DNA of 20,631 nt from Octopus sinensis (taxonomy: Eukaryota). Below are positions 9,830 to 20,631 of this stretch, one piece after another; the first letter of the stretch is position 1, and each line of letters begins with the position of its first letter. The stretch is from positions 1 to 20,631 of the forward strand of contig NW_021823920.1 in the NCBI RefSeq assembly GCF_006345805.1, in the 5' to 3' direction. The notes below the pieces were generated by a model. It did no database searches. It saw only the letters and a program-made list of their open reading frames with translations, and was not told the origin of the DNA. Made by a program: the position numbers and the translations under genes.

Positions 9830-9921
9830 TATTATTTTATTATTATTATTATATAATCATCATCATTATTATTATTATTGTTATTATTATTATTTTATTA
9901 TTATTATTATTATTATTATTA

Positions 9922-9960
<39 letters not shown>

Positions 9961-9961
9961 G
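9670..9961. repeat. Long (TTA)n microsatellite, probably an expanded SINE tail
   Basis: Directly visible; abuts the SINE 3' end. Confidence 0.95.
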
Positions 9962-10620
9962 CTATTGTTGTTGCTTTTAAAGTCTTCAGTGATATCATTG
10001 GCCTTAAATTAGGTCGGCTCTGAAGTGGTTTATTATTATTTTTCCTTGTTAAACATCATGATAAAATACAACTTTAACCCGCATTACACCCAAAACTTAA
10101 TAATATTAATGGAATGACAGAAAAACTTTCATCGTTTGATCCATTCTGGTGTTCATGATTTCGGACGAGAAGTTAGTTACAAGTAATACGATGTTTTCCT
10201 TTCTGATCGTATCACGAATACGTGCTTGAAAAAAGAAAGAAGAAATTGGAGGTTTCGTTTCATTTGTGTTTTCTGGCTAAAAATGTCGAGATAATTCTGA
10301 CGATCTCTCAAACAGTTATAAGGTGATCTGATATCGCCTGAAGATCAAAGCAATTACAGGACACGCTGTTGGAGTAAAAGTTACCACAAGAACTTTGAAA
10401 GATATCTGGAAAATTCGATTGATCTAATGTTGTTTTTGAATTTTTTTTATTTATGATTCCTGCAGTGAAAGAATATGGCTACGTATCTGAAAAGATAAAT
10501 AGATGTCAACTCCTTCTCCGAAAATGCTTCTCTCTCTGTCCAAAAGATAACGTCTGCAGATTTTTACCAAACAGTTGAAATATTTTAATTCCTGTGTTAG
10601 CTAAAATGGAATCCCAAATA

Positions 10621-11185
10621 TTGGGTTGTCCGGAAAGTTTGTGCCGATTTTTAAAGGAAAGCAAAATGTCAAAAATACTTGCCATTACATTTTTAATCAA
10701 CCAAATATGAACCATTTTGTAACACAATGCGTCTCCATCTTTCCTTTAACTTGAAAATACCCTCTTCCCAGAGTTGAGGTGGTTTCATGGCAAAGTATTC
10801 ATCAAGGAATCTTTTTACGTCATCCAAGGAATTGAAATTTTTACCATTAAGACTATTCTTCAGAGACCTGAATAAGTGGAAATTCGAAGGAGCAATATCT
10901 GGTGAATATGGAGGGTGGGGTAACACATCCCAGCCGAGCTACAGCAATTTTTGTCTGGTTCCCAAAGCATCAAGTGCCGAAAATGAACTTTCTTATCTTC
11001 CATTTTAAAGGGTTACAGTATTAACACAGGTTATAGGAACATAAATCTTCTTCCACGAAAAGATAGCTTAAACTGTGCTCTAAATGGAAGTGTAGTCAAA
11101 TCCTATTTTGTGGATTCAACCATGTTCTAAAATAAGTCGAAAGGTAAGCTACTATAAATCGGCACGAACTTTCCGGACAACCCAA
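10621..11185 (-). mobile_element. Internally deleted (non-autonomous) mariner transposon, 565 bp
   Basis: 30-bp TIRs TTGGGTTGTCCGGAAAGTTYGTGCCGATTT at 10621-10650 and 11156-11185 (29/30 identical); TA at 10619-10620 and 11186-11187; transposase remnants inside. Confidence 0.96.
10693..11003 (-). pseudogene. Mariner transposase remnant (N-terminal 15 aa fused out of frame to the C-terminal ~89 codons)
   Basis: ATG at 11003 gives MEDKKVHFRHLMLWE. A second frame gives TRQKLL*LGWDVLPHPPYSPDIAPSNFHLFRSL...ERWRRIVLQNGSYLVD*, with the mariner HPPYSPD motif. HTH, WVPHEL and the first two catalytic Asp are deleted. Confidence 0.93.
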
Positions 11186-11339
11186 TACATTATTTATATA
11201 CGGATGTTAATTTGTTAAAACGTCTCTGTGGTGTTTTTGAAAGATTAGTTAACAATGTAAGATCATCTCTCTCTTTCTCATCTACCTTCATGTGGTACAC
11301 ATAAAAGATCGGCGATAATGCACCTCCATGCTCTCCTGT

Positions 11340-11645
11340 GAAGGCGCCTGGTTTAATGTTTAGGATATTCGAATCACGATCGTGACGTCGTGGGTTCGAT
11401 TCCCGACGGCGCGTTGTGTCATTGAGTACGACATTTTATTTCTCGTTGCTCCAGTCTACTCAGCTGGCGAAAATGAATCGTACCTGTACTTGTCACAATA
11501 ATCTGTATCAGGTTGATTCTCCCTAAGAACTGCGTTAAGGTTATACGTGTCTGTGAAGTGCTCAGCCACTTGCACATTAATTTCATAGACAGGCTCTTCT
11601 GTTGATTGAATCACCTGGAACATTCGAAGTCGAAACCGATGGAAA
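11340..11645 (+). mobile_element. tRNA-derived SINE, family C (CORE-like)
   Basis: TGGTTTAATGTTTAGG (decayed A-box), perfect B-box GGTTCGATTCC at 11393-11403, then TTGTGTCATTGAGTACGACATTT resembling the CORE-type TGTCCTTGAGCAAGACACTT motif. The 3' extent rests on recall of the family. Confidence 0.75.
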
Positions 11646-11742
11646 GTCTAGTCATGCTCTCCTATCTCACGCACGTTACTGGACAGGTCTTTTCTGAAGT
11701 AAAATGGCAAAGCCATCAAATATCTTTTTTCTTCCGCCTTTT

Positions 11743-11825
<83 letters not shown>
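11743..11825. repeat. (TCTA)n tetranucleotide microsatellite, ~20 units
   Basis: Directly visible perfect repeat. Confidence 0.97.
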
Positions 11826-11826
<1 letters not shown>

Positions 11827-12679
11827 CTTCGCTCCCTCTTCATTTGCCTTCTCCGGTTTTCTCGAACGGTTCAAATGTTTTTTCTTCTGAAAAGGTGTCC
11901 AAGGAACTGCGACTATTATCTTCTTACAGTTTTGAGTCATTTTGATAGTCTTCTTTTTGGTCTAAAGATTTCGATATCGCTTACCTTATCTACAAAGCTT
12001 CCCTTCAGTGGTCTTCGAAACAGCCATACCTCTGCAGCATTGATAAGCTTTTGCACTTGTTTATTGCTGTTCCAGGTCACGTTACCTTATATATAAGCTC
12101 ATATTTTCTTTTAAAATCTTTGAAGAAAAACAAAAACAAAAATAGGAAAGACCAAAAACAAAATGAAGCGTTGAGACTCGTAGCTATTTCAAAGCAAACC
12201 TATATAAATTTAAGATACTATTCTGTTAGGGCCTCATTTAATAGAATTTAAATTTTATCTTCCAAAGAAAAAAAATATGTTGACAAAATAAATGTACCTA
12301 AGATGCCCCGGTAGACACATTATCAGAAGTAGCAAAGAATATAAGCCGCTATTAAGCTTTATTTTCTTTATAAGTTTTAACGAAATGTTGTAAATTCAAA
12401 TTTTCGCATAAAACACGTAACAATGACAAGAAACATAAATTCGTTGGTAAATTTCGAAGATTTTATAGTCAAGAAATATGTTTTTAGCTTCTCTGCTCCC
12501 AGGATTACTTGTATGTATAATTGGAGAGAGAAATTAGTTTTAATATCCTACTTTTCAAAAATTGATAACAAAAGATAAAGAGGAAATAATATGAAGAAAA
12601 TGAGAAATAGTTTAAGAAACAATAACAAGTCATAATAATGACGTTTGTCTATTTACAAATTGTCAAATCATAGACTTTG

Positions 12680-13031
12680 TATGTACACACACACACGGAC
12701 ACACGGACACACACACATACACACACACGCACTCATACAAACACACATAATTATATATACATACATTTATTGATGTCTCGTATATATATAATTGTAAACA
12801 ACTACCGCGAATACATATATACTCACATACATGCATGTATTCAGATTAATTACATACATACATAGCCCACTCCCCCTCTCTCTCACGCTTTATTTATATA
12901 TATATATATTCCTTTATACACGCACACACTCACAGATATATGTATATATATGTATATATATATTCATTTATACACACATACACACACAGATATATACACA
13001 CATATATATTTATTTATACACACATATGCAC

Positions 13032-13084
<53 letters not shown>

Positions 13085-13127
13085 CGGGAAAACGGACGCT
13101 AAACGATGATGATGATGATGATGATGA

Positions 13128-13163
<36 letters not shown>
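12680..13163. repeat. Compound (CA)n/(TA)n/(GAT)n low-complexity tract
   Basis: Directly visible. Confidence 0.88.
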
Positions 13164-13165
<2 letters not shown>

Positions 13166-13474
13166 ACAAATTTAATCTTTAAGTGATGCGAAATCTTTAC
13201 TATTCTGATGGGAGATCAAACATGATATTTTCCATTACGTATTGTACGTATTGTATCTGAAGTTTTGGCTGTCGTAAACCCATCATCCAGAATTAACTTA
13301 AGAAATAATTTTGTGGACGAGCTGTCGTGAGAAATCCGCTCTCTTAAATTCTTATGCCTCGGTGATTCACCACCATCACGTGCTCATTCGTCACTATTCA
13401 AGTACGTATTCATAGAGAAAAGAACTGCAAAACTGAACTGGATAATGTCCTTAGAATTATAAAAATAACATCAT

Positions 13475-14018
13475 GGCTGTAGGTGTTTCTGTGTGGTTAA
13501 GAAGCTTACTTGGCGACCATGTGGTTTGGGGTTTAATTCTTCTGAGCGGCACTTTGGGCAAATGTCTTCTACTATAACCTGTAGCAACCAATGCCTTGTA
13601 AGCGAACTTGGTAGATGGAGATTGTATGGAAGCCGTTTGTGCTTTGGCTACAGCATTAGAGCATTTTAGCTCTCATTTCTAGCAATGTAGGCATTTATAA
13701 CACCCTAGATATATATATGCGCGCGCGGGTGTGTATGTGTGTATTCGTGTGCGTGTGTGTGTGTGTGTGGTGTGTGTGTGTGTGTTTATCCATGTGCATG
13801 TGTTTGTGTTTGCCCACGTACACCGCTTGATAAACGGTGTTGATTTATTTATGTCTCCTTAACTTAGCGGTTTGGCAAAAGTAACCGAAAGAATAAGTAC
13901 CAGATTTTAAACAATTAAAAATAAATCAGACCTGTGGTATGATTTTTTCCAACAAACCCTTCAAAGCGGTCCCACACCGTGACTGCAGCCCAATGACTAG
14001 AATAAACAAAAAAATAAA
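13475..14018 (+). mobile_element. tRNA-derived SINE, family A (diverged)
   Basis: CTGTGTGGTTAAGAAGCTTACTT...GGCACTTTGGGCAAATGTCTTCTACTATA, internal (TG)n, TAACTTAGCGGTTTGGCAAAAG...GAATAAGTACCAG, A-rich tail. Confidence 0.85.
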
Positions 14019-14043
14019 TAATTATTTGAAGTTTCTACTCATG

Positions 14044-14328
14044 CACACACACACACACAGACACACACACACCACATACGCACATACACAGACTCACACA
14101 CTCCACACCACACACACACACACAGACAGATCCACACACTCCACACCACACACACGCACACACACCACACACACACACACTCCACACCACACACACGTAC
14201 ACACACACACACACACACCACACACACACACAAACACACACACACCAATCACATACACACAGACACATACACCACACACACACCACACACACACAGACAC
14301 ACACACACCACACAACACTACACACACA

Positions 14329-14362
<34 letters not shown>
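14044..14362. repeat. Degenerate (CA)n microsatellite
   Basis: Directly visible. Confidence 0.95.
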
Positions 14363-14366
<4 letters not shown>

Positions 14367-14845
14367 AACAGTTTGAACTTTAAGGTTATTTATTGCCAAT
14401 TGAGGAGGGCCTTAGAAGAAAAGATGTAGCCGAGCCGCTCCAAGAAGAGACAAATTAAGCCATACAAACAAGAGTCTTAAATTTCGACATTGAAATAAAA
14501 AAAATCAGGAAAACAAACTGCATGGATACTTTCGAGCAGTTGTCTTTTATTCGTTCGATCATTTACTTGTTCCAGCACGTGACCTGGGGCCATGGTTGGA
14601 GTAACAAAGTCTAATGAAAGAAAAGAACATTTAGAAAACGTGGGCGACTGAAATATTAGCGGAGAATTCAATGCAGAAATAAAAGTCATTAAATTCCTAT
14701 ATATTTGCTAATACACTTGTAAGTATAGTTTAAAATCTGGAGGTTAACGAATTGAAGAGAGCTTCGAGAGCAAAACAACGAAAAATATTCGAATTTTTTA
14801 AAATATGCTAAGCCACTTGATTAATATGATCAATTTCTACTCTTA

Positions 14846-14852
<7 letters not shown>

Positions 14853-14913
<61 letters not shown>

Positions 14914-15025
14914 GACGCGCGTACACACACAAACACCACACACACACACCACACACACACACCACACACAACAGATACGTATCTACATACATACAGACAC
15001 ATACGCACGGAAGCACATATACATA
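14853..15025. repeat. (TA)n/(CA)n microsatellite
   Basis: Directly visible. Confidence 0.9.
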
Positions 15026-15386
15026 AGCCTGCTGGCTATTTGCAATATCAGTGTCTGAAAAGTTGCTAATACTCTGTATATCGTAGCAGCGAGGTTTGAC
15101 TGGCATTCGGTGACCGGACGCCTCCTACTGATGATTTTTCCATTAAAATGAAATCACGAGATATGGTAGTTTCGGCGCCCATGTCAGACGATTCTCGTCT
15201 GCTACGATTTATCAGTGTGCTTTTATTCACCAAACGCCTGCATGAGAGGATCTCTCAATGCTAATGACGAAATATTCGGTGTTCTAAGAAGACGTCTATG
15301 TTAAGCTGGATATAAAGATTACCTCTTGGTTTTAATACAGGATCCGTCGCTAATAACAGCAACAACAACAATAATATATATATATA

Positions 15387-15536
15387 GGCACAGGAGTGGC
15401 TGTATTTTAAGAGGCTGGCTTCCCAACCACATGGTTCCAGGTTCAGTCCTATTGTGTGGCACCTTGAGAAAAGTGTCGTCTGCTATAGCTTCGGTCCGAC
15501 CAAAGCCTTGTGAGTGGATTTGGTAGACGGAAAATG
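15387..15536 (+). mobile_element. SINE family A, 5' part only
   Basis: GGCACAGGAGTGGCTGT...GGTTCAGTCC...GGCACCTTGAG...CCAAAGCCTTGTGAGTGGATTTGGTAGACGGAAA matches the reverse complement of 3057-3202. Confidence 0.88.
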
Positions 15537-15699
15537 CAGCTGTTTACGTGTCCATATACGTAAATATTAACAAGTGAAACCAATTGGTACATAGGTAATC
15601 GTTTTTTGTTTCGTATATTTTCATTTGTCTTGCTTATTTTTTACATTTTGTTTTTTTGCTGAGATTTTACTTGAGAACACATTCTTCGTGGTAATGGCG

Positions 15700-15766
15700 A
15701 TTTGACGTCTATGTTTAGCATAGACGTCAAATTTAGAGGACTTTTAGGGGTCAGTCCTCTAAATTT
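15700..15766. other. Two overlapping perfect 14-bp inverted repeats
   Basis: ATTTGACGTCTATG/CATAGACGTCAAAT (15700-13/15719-32) and AAATTTAGAGGACT/AGTCCTCTAAATTT (15729-42/15753-66). Confidence 0.9.
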
Positions 15767-15980
15767 TGTATCTATCTCTATATATATATGTCTATAACGG
15801 TCAATGAAGAATGGAGTTTTCTTTCAGGAAAAAGGAAAAGAATGAGTATAAAGTAATAATAAGGGGCCTAAAGAAATTTAAAATATATTAAAATATAGCA
15901 GACCTACAAGGATTAACGAAATATATTGCAACGAGTTTATAAAGTATTTCGTTTGTATTCATGTCTCATGATCAGAGGTA

Positions 15981-16489
15981 TGTATAATCCGAGTATAATC
16001 CGCATTTCCCCCCCAAATTTAAAGGTCAAAATCCCTAGTGCGTACTATATACGTGGTTAAAAATGAAAATTATTTTCTAAGCAATGTCCGAGTCGCTATT
16101 TGCTGTCCGGCAATGTTTATTCAGACGCATTTTGTGATGTCGGGCGCGAAAATACCTTAAGCTAAACCTGAAAGCAATGAAGTCATAAAAGAATCATCCA
16201 TAACTTGTAGTAAGCAACATTTATTAAACATTTTTACTGCTATTTCTTTATTTTCTGAAAACAAAATGCACAGAAAAGCTACACGTTTGCATTATGTTAT
16301 ATATACAATAATAATAAGGGACATTACCGTATACATTTTTACAAACAAAGGACGTTATATAGATCTCCTTGACTCAAGATAGAGAAGGGGTGCATATTAT
16401 ACACAAGGTTTAGGTTTTTCTGAGGTACAGCCCCCTAAAAATCCCCTGAGTATTATACTCTAGGGCGGACTATACTCGAGGATTTACGG
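15981..16489. mobile_element. Tc2/pogo-like non-autonomous DNA transposon (MITE)
   Basis: The right end on minus reads TA|CCGTAAATCCTCGAGTATAGTCCGC (CCGTA terminus typical of the Tc2 group). The left end TA|TGTATAATCCGAGTATAATCCGC shares CGAGTATARTCCGC but has a damaged tip. Subterminal GCR..TATAC repeats at ~16040, ~16391, ~16449 and ~16465. Confidence 0.62.
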
Positions 16490-16589
16490 TACAAACATGG
16501 AATTAGTCGTATTGGACTACGTGTCATATTAACGGTAGATGATTATTATTTTTGTTACTTTCAAATCTAAAATGTATAAAAATGTATTA

Positions 16590-17620
16590 AACAACGAAAT
16601 GGTTGGTCACTTTTGTAAGAGATCATTCTACCATAGCATATCTGCTTTAAGGTAGGTAGGATCAACTGTTGAATTTCACATATTTTGCTGTATGAAAATA
16701 ACGCAATGTCAGTAAGAGGTTGGTTGTCTGATAACCTTCCGACATCTGCGGTTCTTCTGCTAACAACCCGAAAACGATTCGTTTGTTTATTATTGAAGTT
16801 AAGTTCAGAAAGTAAAACAAGAATACGAAAAGGAAAGGAAGCCAGTTTAGACAAGGTCACGGAGACAACATCTAAACCTGAAAGCTTTGATTAGGAAAAC
16901 CTTCAGGTTTCGGTTACTCATAATTATCTAGTACGATTTCCTCCATATTACTGAATACTTGAGTGATTGCTTTGATTAACCACAATCTAGAAGTTCCATT
17001 TCCTGTGTTAAAGGCCTTGATTCAATCTACGAAAGCTGTAAAGCCATATAAAGGGCTTGTTTCTCTTCTTGGTGTTTATCAGCAGTTGTTTCAAAGAAAT
17101 AATATCAGTAGTTCTTGTTAAGAAGTCCGAAAACACGGATTAGAGAAGAGATGTTCTATTTATAATAATTCTAGGGAGAGATTGTCAATAAGGAGAAACC
17201 GCTGCAATTTCCTACGATGTTCTTGAAGATAATAACAATAATTGCATCTCAAAGTCTGAAAGAAGGAATTCTTATCATATCACTGTAAAAGGTATGTAAA
17301 CACTACAAAACGGCTGGTTTCTTCTAAGCTTGAAGAACTGAGTTTCTATGTAATTAGGACAACGGCCTTGATTTTAATTAATTTCAAAAATAGACATTTT
17401 TATTTCATATTTATTAAGGCGTTCAACTTGAGTGTTTTCTTAATTTCTTTTTTTATTTGCAAGTTTCTTGGAACATAGTTTTATCAAATCAGAATCGAGT
17501 TAAGAATATCACTAGCATGTTTACACAAACATTATTTATAGCATTTCAGAATCTGTTCTGTCAAAAGAATACATCCAAAAATATTGAAATAAACTAATTC
17601 CTTGTAATCAAGGTTTATCT
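16590..17620 (-). pseudogene. Highly decayed RTE-clade non-LTR retrotransposon (LINE) reverse-transcriptase region
   Basis: Ordered frameshifted motifs on minus: YEIKMSI; KAV.PNYIETQFFKL (cf. KAAGPDGIPAEVFK); DAIIVIFKNIVGNCSGFSLLTI (cf. DAIIVTIFKK..GNYRGISLLSI); RTTDIISLKQL; ALYMA/AFVD*IKAFNT (cf. LYMAFVDLTKAFDT); TDIALFSYS..EIQQLI..YG.MIS (cf. ADD.AL..S...LQ..FGLTIS). Confidence 0.78.
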
Positions 17621-17703
17621 GCTGGTTTTCCTTTCCAAAATGGGAGACTTTATTTGAAAACAGCTCCAGCATTATCATGAACGCGTATTCTATCTTTATC
17701 ATT

Positions 17704-18208
<505 letters not shown>

Positions 18209-18609
18209 CGTATTCCAGGATCCGGTCTTAAATGGTTAGTTATCCTAGATGTCTCTTGAATCATTTTCTTCATTCTCATTTATGGAACAATACTCAAAAC
18301 CCGAAGGAATTAATCAAATTGTTTTGGGGGACTTTTTTTCTGGTTTCTCCTCCGAATTTGAATATAGAGGGCATCAGCTTCCTAAAAAAAACTTATGGAT
18401 GTTTGTAGTTCCCTCTATCGTCCAGAAGAACCAGTGACTATTTTGTAAGTCCACCACATCGGTGCCGATGTCTGCCAAACCAGAATTTACAAGAACTTTC
18501 GAATATAATGTGGCAATTAATTGGAAATATACGTCCTGGACGAGATGAGTTAAATGTTTTACTCTTACCATCCAGAGACCTAATATCAAAACTATATCTC
18601 AAATTCAAA

Positions 18610-18865
18610 AGCAAGACGGCTATTTTGGCGGTAGGCGCTTTTCGAATTTAGCCCGAACACCCTAAATATATGTATATATATATAATATCCGTTTTCTTTT
18701 CATTCTCTCTCAGTTTTTTTTTAAATTTTGCTCTTAATCCATTTTATCGAAGAGCGTAGACTCGAAACGTAAAAGACTTCTCCATTCTTCGCGAGCGTTA
18801 AACTAATACACTTGCTTGTTTTTCCTACATCTGTCTTCGTCTTTTATTTTCTGTAAATTTGAATC
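18610..18865 (+). mobile_element. Probable Penelope-like terminal fragment (second family) with decayed minimal hammerhead fold
   Basis: TTT-TATCGA-A-GAG(CGTAGA)CTC-GAAA-CG-TA-AAAG at 18742-18775, with palindromic ACGT stem III, pyrimidine-rich flanks, ending in a (CATA)n tract. Boundaries are approximate. Confidence 0.5.
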
Positions 18866-20029
18866 ATACATACATGCATACACGCATACATACGTACATA
18901 CATAAACACACACACTATGCTCAATTGATTTAAGTACCAGGTTTTATGATGGGGTAAATTTATTAAAATATCTTGAAATGGGAGGCAACTGGCAATGGTT
19001 AACCTGTAATGGCAACAGTTAGATCTTAAAAGAACTCGTAGAAGAGTTTCATCAATTTTAGATTTTAACATTCTAAAGTTTCGCGCCTTTCCTATCGTTT
19101 GAACTTAGATGAAGAGCAAAAGACCCAAAATATTAAATTATTCAAGCCATATCAGAAGATTTTGTTTCATTTATTTGCAGAGTCTGAAGGAATAGGTCAT
19201 TCCAGTGGTGTTCACAGCAGTTCAAAGATTAATAAATTGATGCCGCTAATGTACCGCATGAAATGTATGTTGACATCTAAAAAAGGAAAAAAAAAATGAT
19301 CAACAAAGATCTTGCAGAGAGACACAGTTCTGAGCAGGAAGGACTGGATATAGTGGTTAGAGCAAAGCCTGTAGAAATGGAAAGAACAAGGGTGAGGAGA
19401 AGAGGACAAATGAATGGTGAAATTGACATAAGATCAGTCAGTTCTTAGGAGCAGGGACCATTATAGTAGCGGTACAAAAGAGAGAGGGGTGCGTCTGCGG
19501 GCCAGGACTGGAGGATATCAGTAATTGAGTTAATGGCAAACCGTCATGTGGATCCAATATAAGCTGGTCTGCTCAGGGCAGCAGCAGTTACAACTCTTTT
19601 CCAGATATAGAAATTGCTACTATATCGTGAGCACTACCTGAATTAATTTGCTGAGTCTGAGTGGAAAAAATGACGGGTCGACTGGACAATATCTGTCTAC
19701 CAGGTTTAATGGAACTGTTCTATAAAATATGACAAATATCCAAATAGCCGCGTTGGTTTTAAAGATCCCGATATAAGTGGTTTTAAATGTAATTTCACAG
19801 TCATCTGTTAGGAGTTGGCTAAACGACTACTGACGAGAAGATAAACACGTATGAAACTAAAGTCCGGACGATCTCTATTGCTCTCCATTGTGAAATTTGT
19901 ATAAACATGGCAGTCATTTACATAGTATTCAATATATCTACTTAATTTTAATTAGTATATCCATTCAGTGACGGGTAAAAGCTATGTTTAAATAGAAACA
20001 TTATTAACGAGACAGAATTTATTTAATAA

Positions 20030-20232
20030 ACACATACACACAAACATAAATGTTTAAACACACACAACACACACCCACACAACCATATATATAATATATA
20101 TATACAGATACATACCCACATAATACATACAAACATATATATAGAGACACACAAACGTACGCACACCTATAGATATAGATATTTATATATGTAAATATAT
20201 ATGTATATATATCTATATATATATATATATAT

Positions 20233-20267
<35 letters not shown>

Positions 20268-20399
20268 GTATATATATGTGTATGTATGTATATATATATA
20301 GCATGTGTGTGTGGTGTATGTATATATCTAATATATGTATAAATATATATATATATGTATATATATATTACGTTAAATAATATGACCATTCCGAAATAT

Positions 20400-20447
<48 letters not shown>

Positions 20448-20488
20448 ATAATATATACGCCTAAACACACACAGACATATAATAATAT

Positions 20489-20519
<31 letters not shown>

Positions 20520-20562
20520 TATAGATATATGATATACTATATATATTATATATATATATATT
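20030..20562. repeat. (CA)n/(TA)n low-complexity tract
   Basis: Directly visible. Confidence 0.9.
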
Positions 20563-20631
20563 ATCCCACTATTTAAGTTAATCTTTATAGATTTTTCCAT
20601 AGAAAGTAGGGCCAACACTGAAAGTTACGAA

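Noticed and set aside
9652-10023. Poly-I/Y 123-aa ORF
   Set aside because: Translation of (TTA)n.
10143-10200. ILVFMISDEKLVT, resembling the Tc1/maT FSDEK motif
   Set aside because: Single short match with no further transposase motifs or TIRs.
11343-11415. tRNA gene
   Set aside because: The B-box is perfect but the cloverleaf is incomplete and it continues into a SINE body; treated as a SINE head.
13939-14399. His/Thr and Cys/Val-rich ORFs (also 17650-18069 and the YI-repeat ORFs)
   Set aside because: Translations of (CA)n/(TG)n/(TA)n.
19830-19866. CTGACGA...GAAAC TAAA GTC hammerhead-like core
   Set aside because: Neither stem I nor stem II can pair; likely chance.

Overview
AT-rich, microsatellite-dense eukaryotic non-coding DNA. 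The SINE families strongly resemble, from recall, those of Octopus (cephalopods). No host protein-coding gene can be supported; nearly all listed ORFs are simple-repeat translations. The window is a layered transposon landscape. It holds about ten tRNA-derived SINE copies or fragments of three families, an internally deleted mariner with intact 30-bp TIRs and TA TSDs (10621-11185), a Tc2/pogo-like MITE (~15981-16489), a decayed RTE-clade LINE on the minus strand (~16590-17620, possibly continuing to ~19260), and three short Penelope-like terminal fragments with decayed minimal hammerhead-ribozyme folds. Three structures stand out. (i) A ~720-bp array of ~33-bp GGAATTACTTCCTGGAAAGTTCC units, each with overlapping STAT- and NF-kB-like motifs and with internal inversions, sits between two ~95%-identical copies of a ~600-bp segment. 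(ii) A candidate type I hammerhead core is embedded in a ~130-nt imperfect hairpin (15080-15208). (iii) Several perfect palindromes look like template-switching scars.
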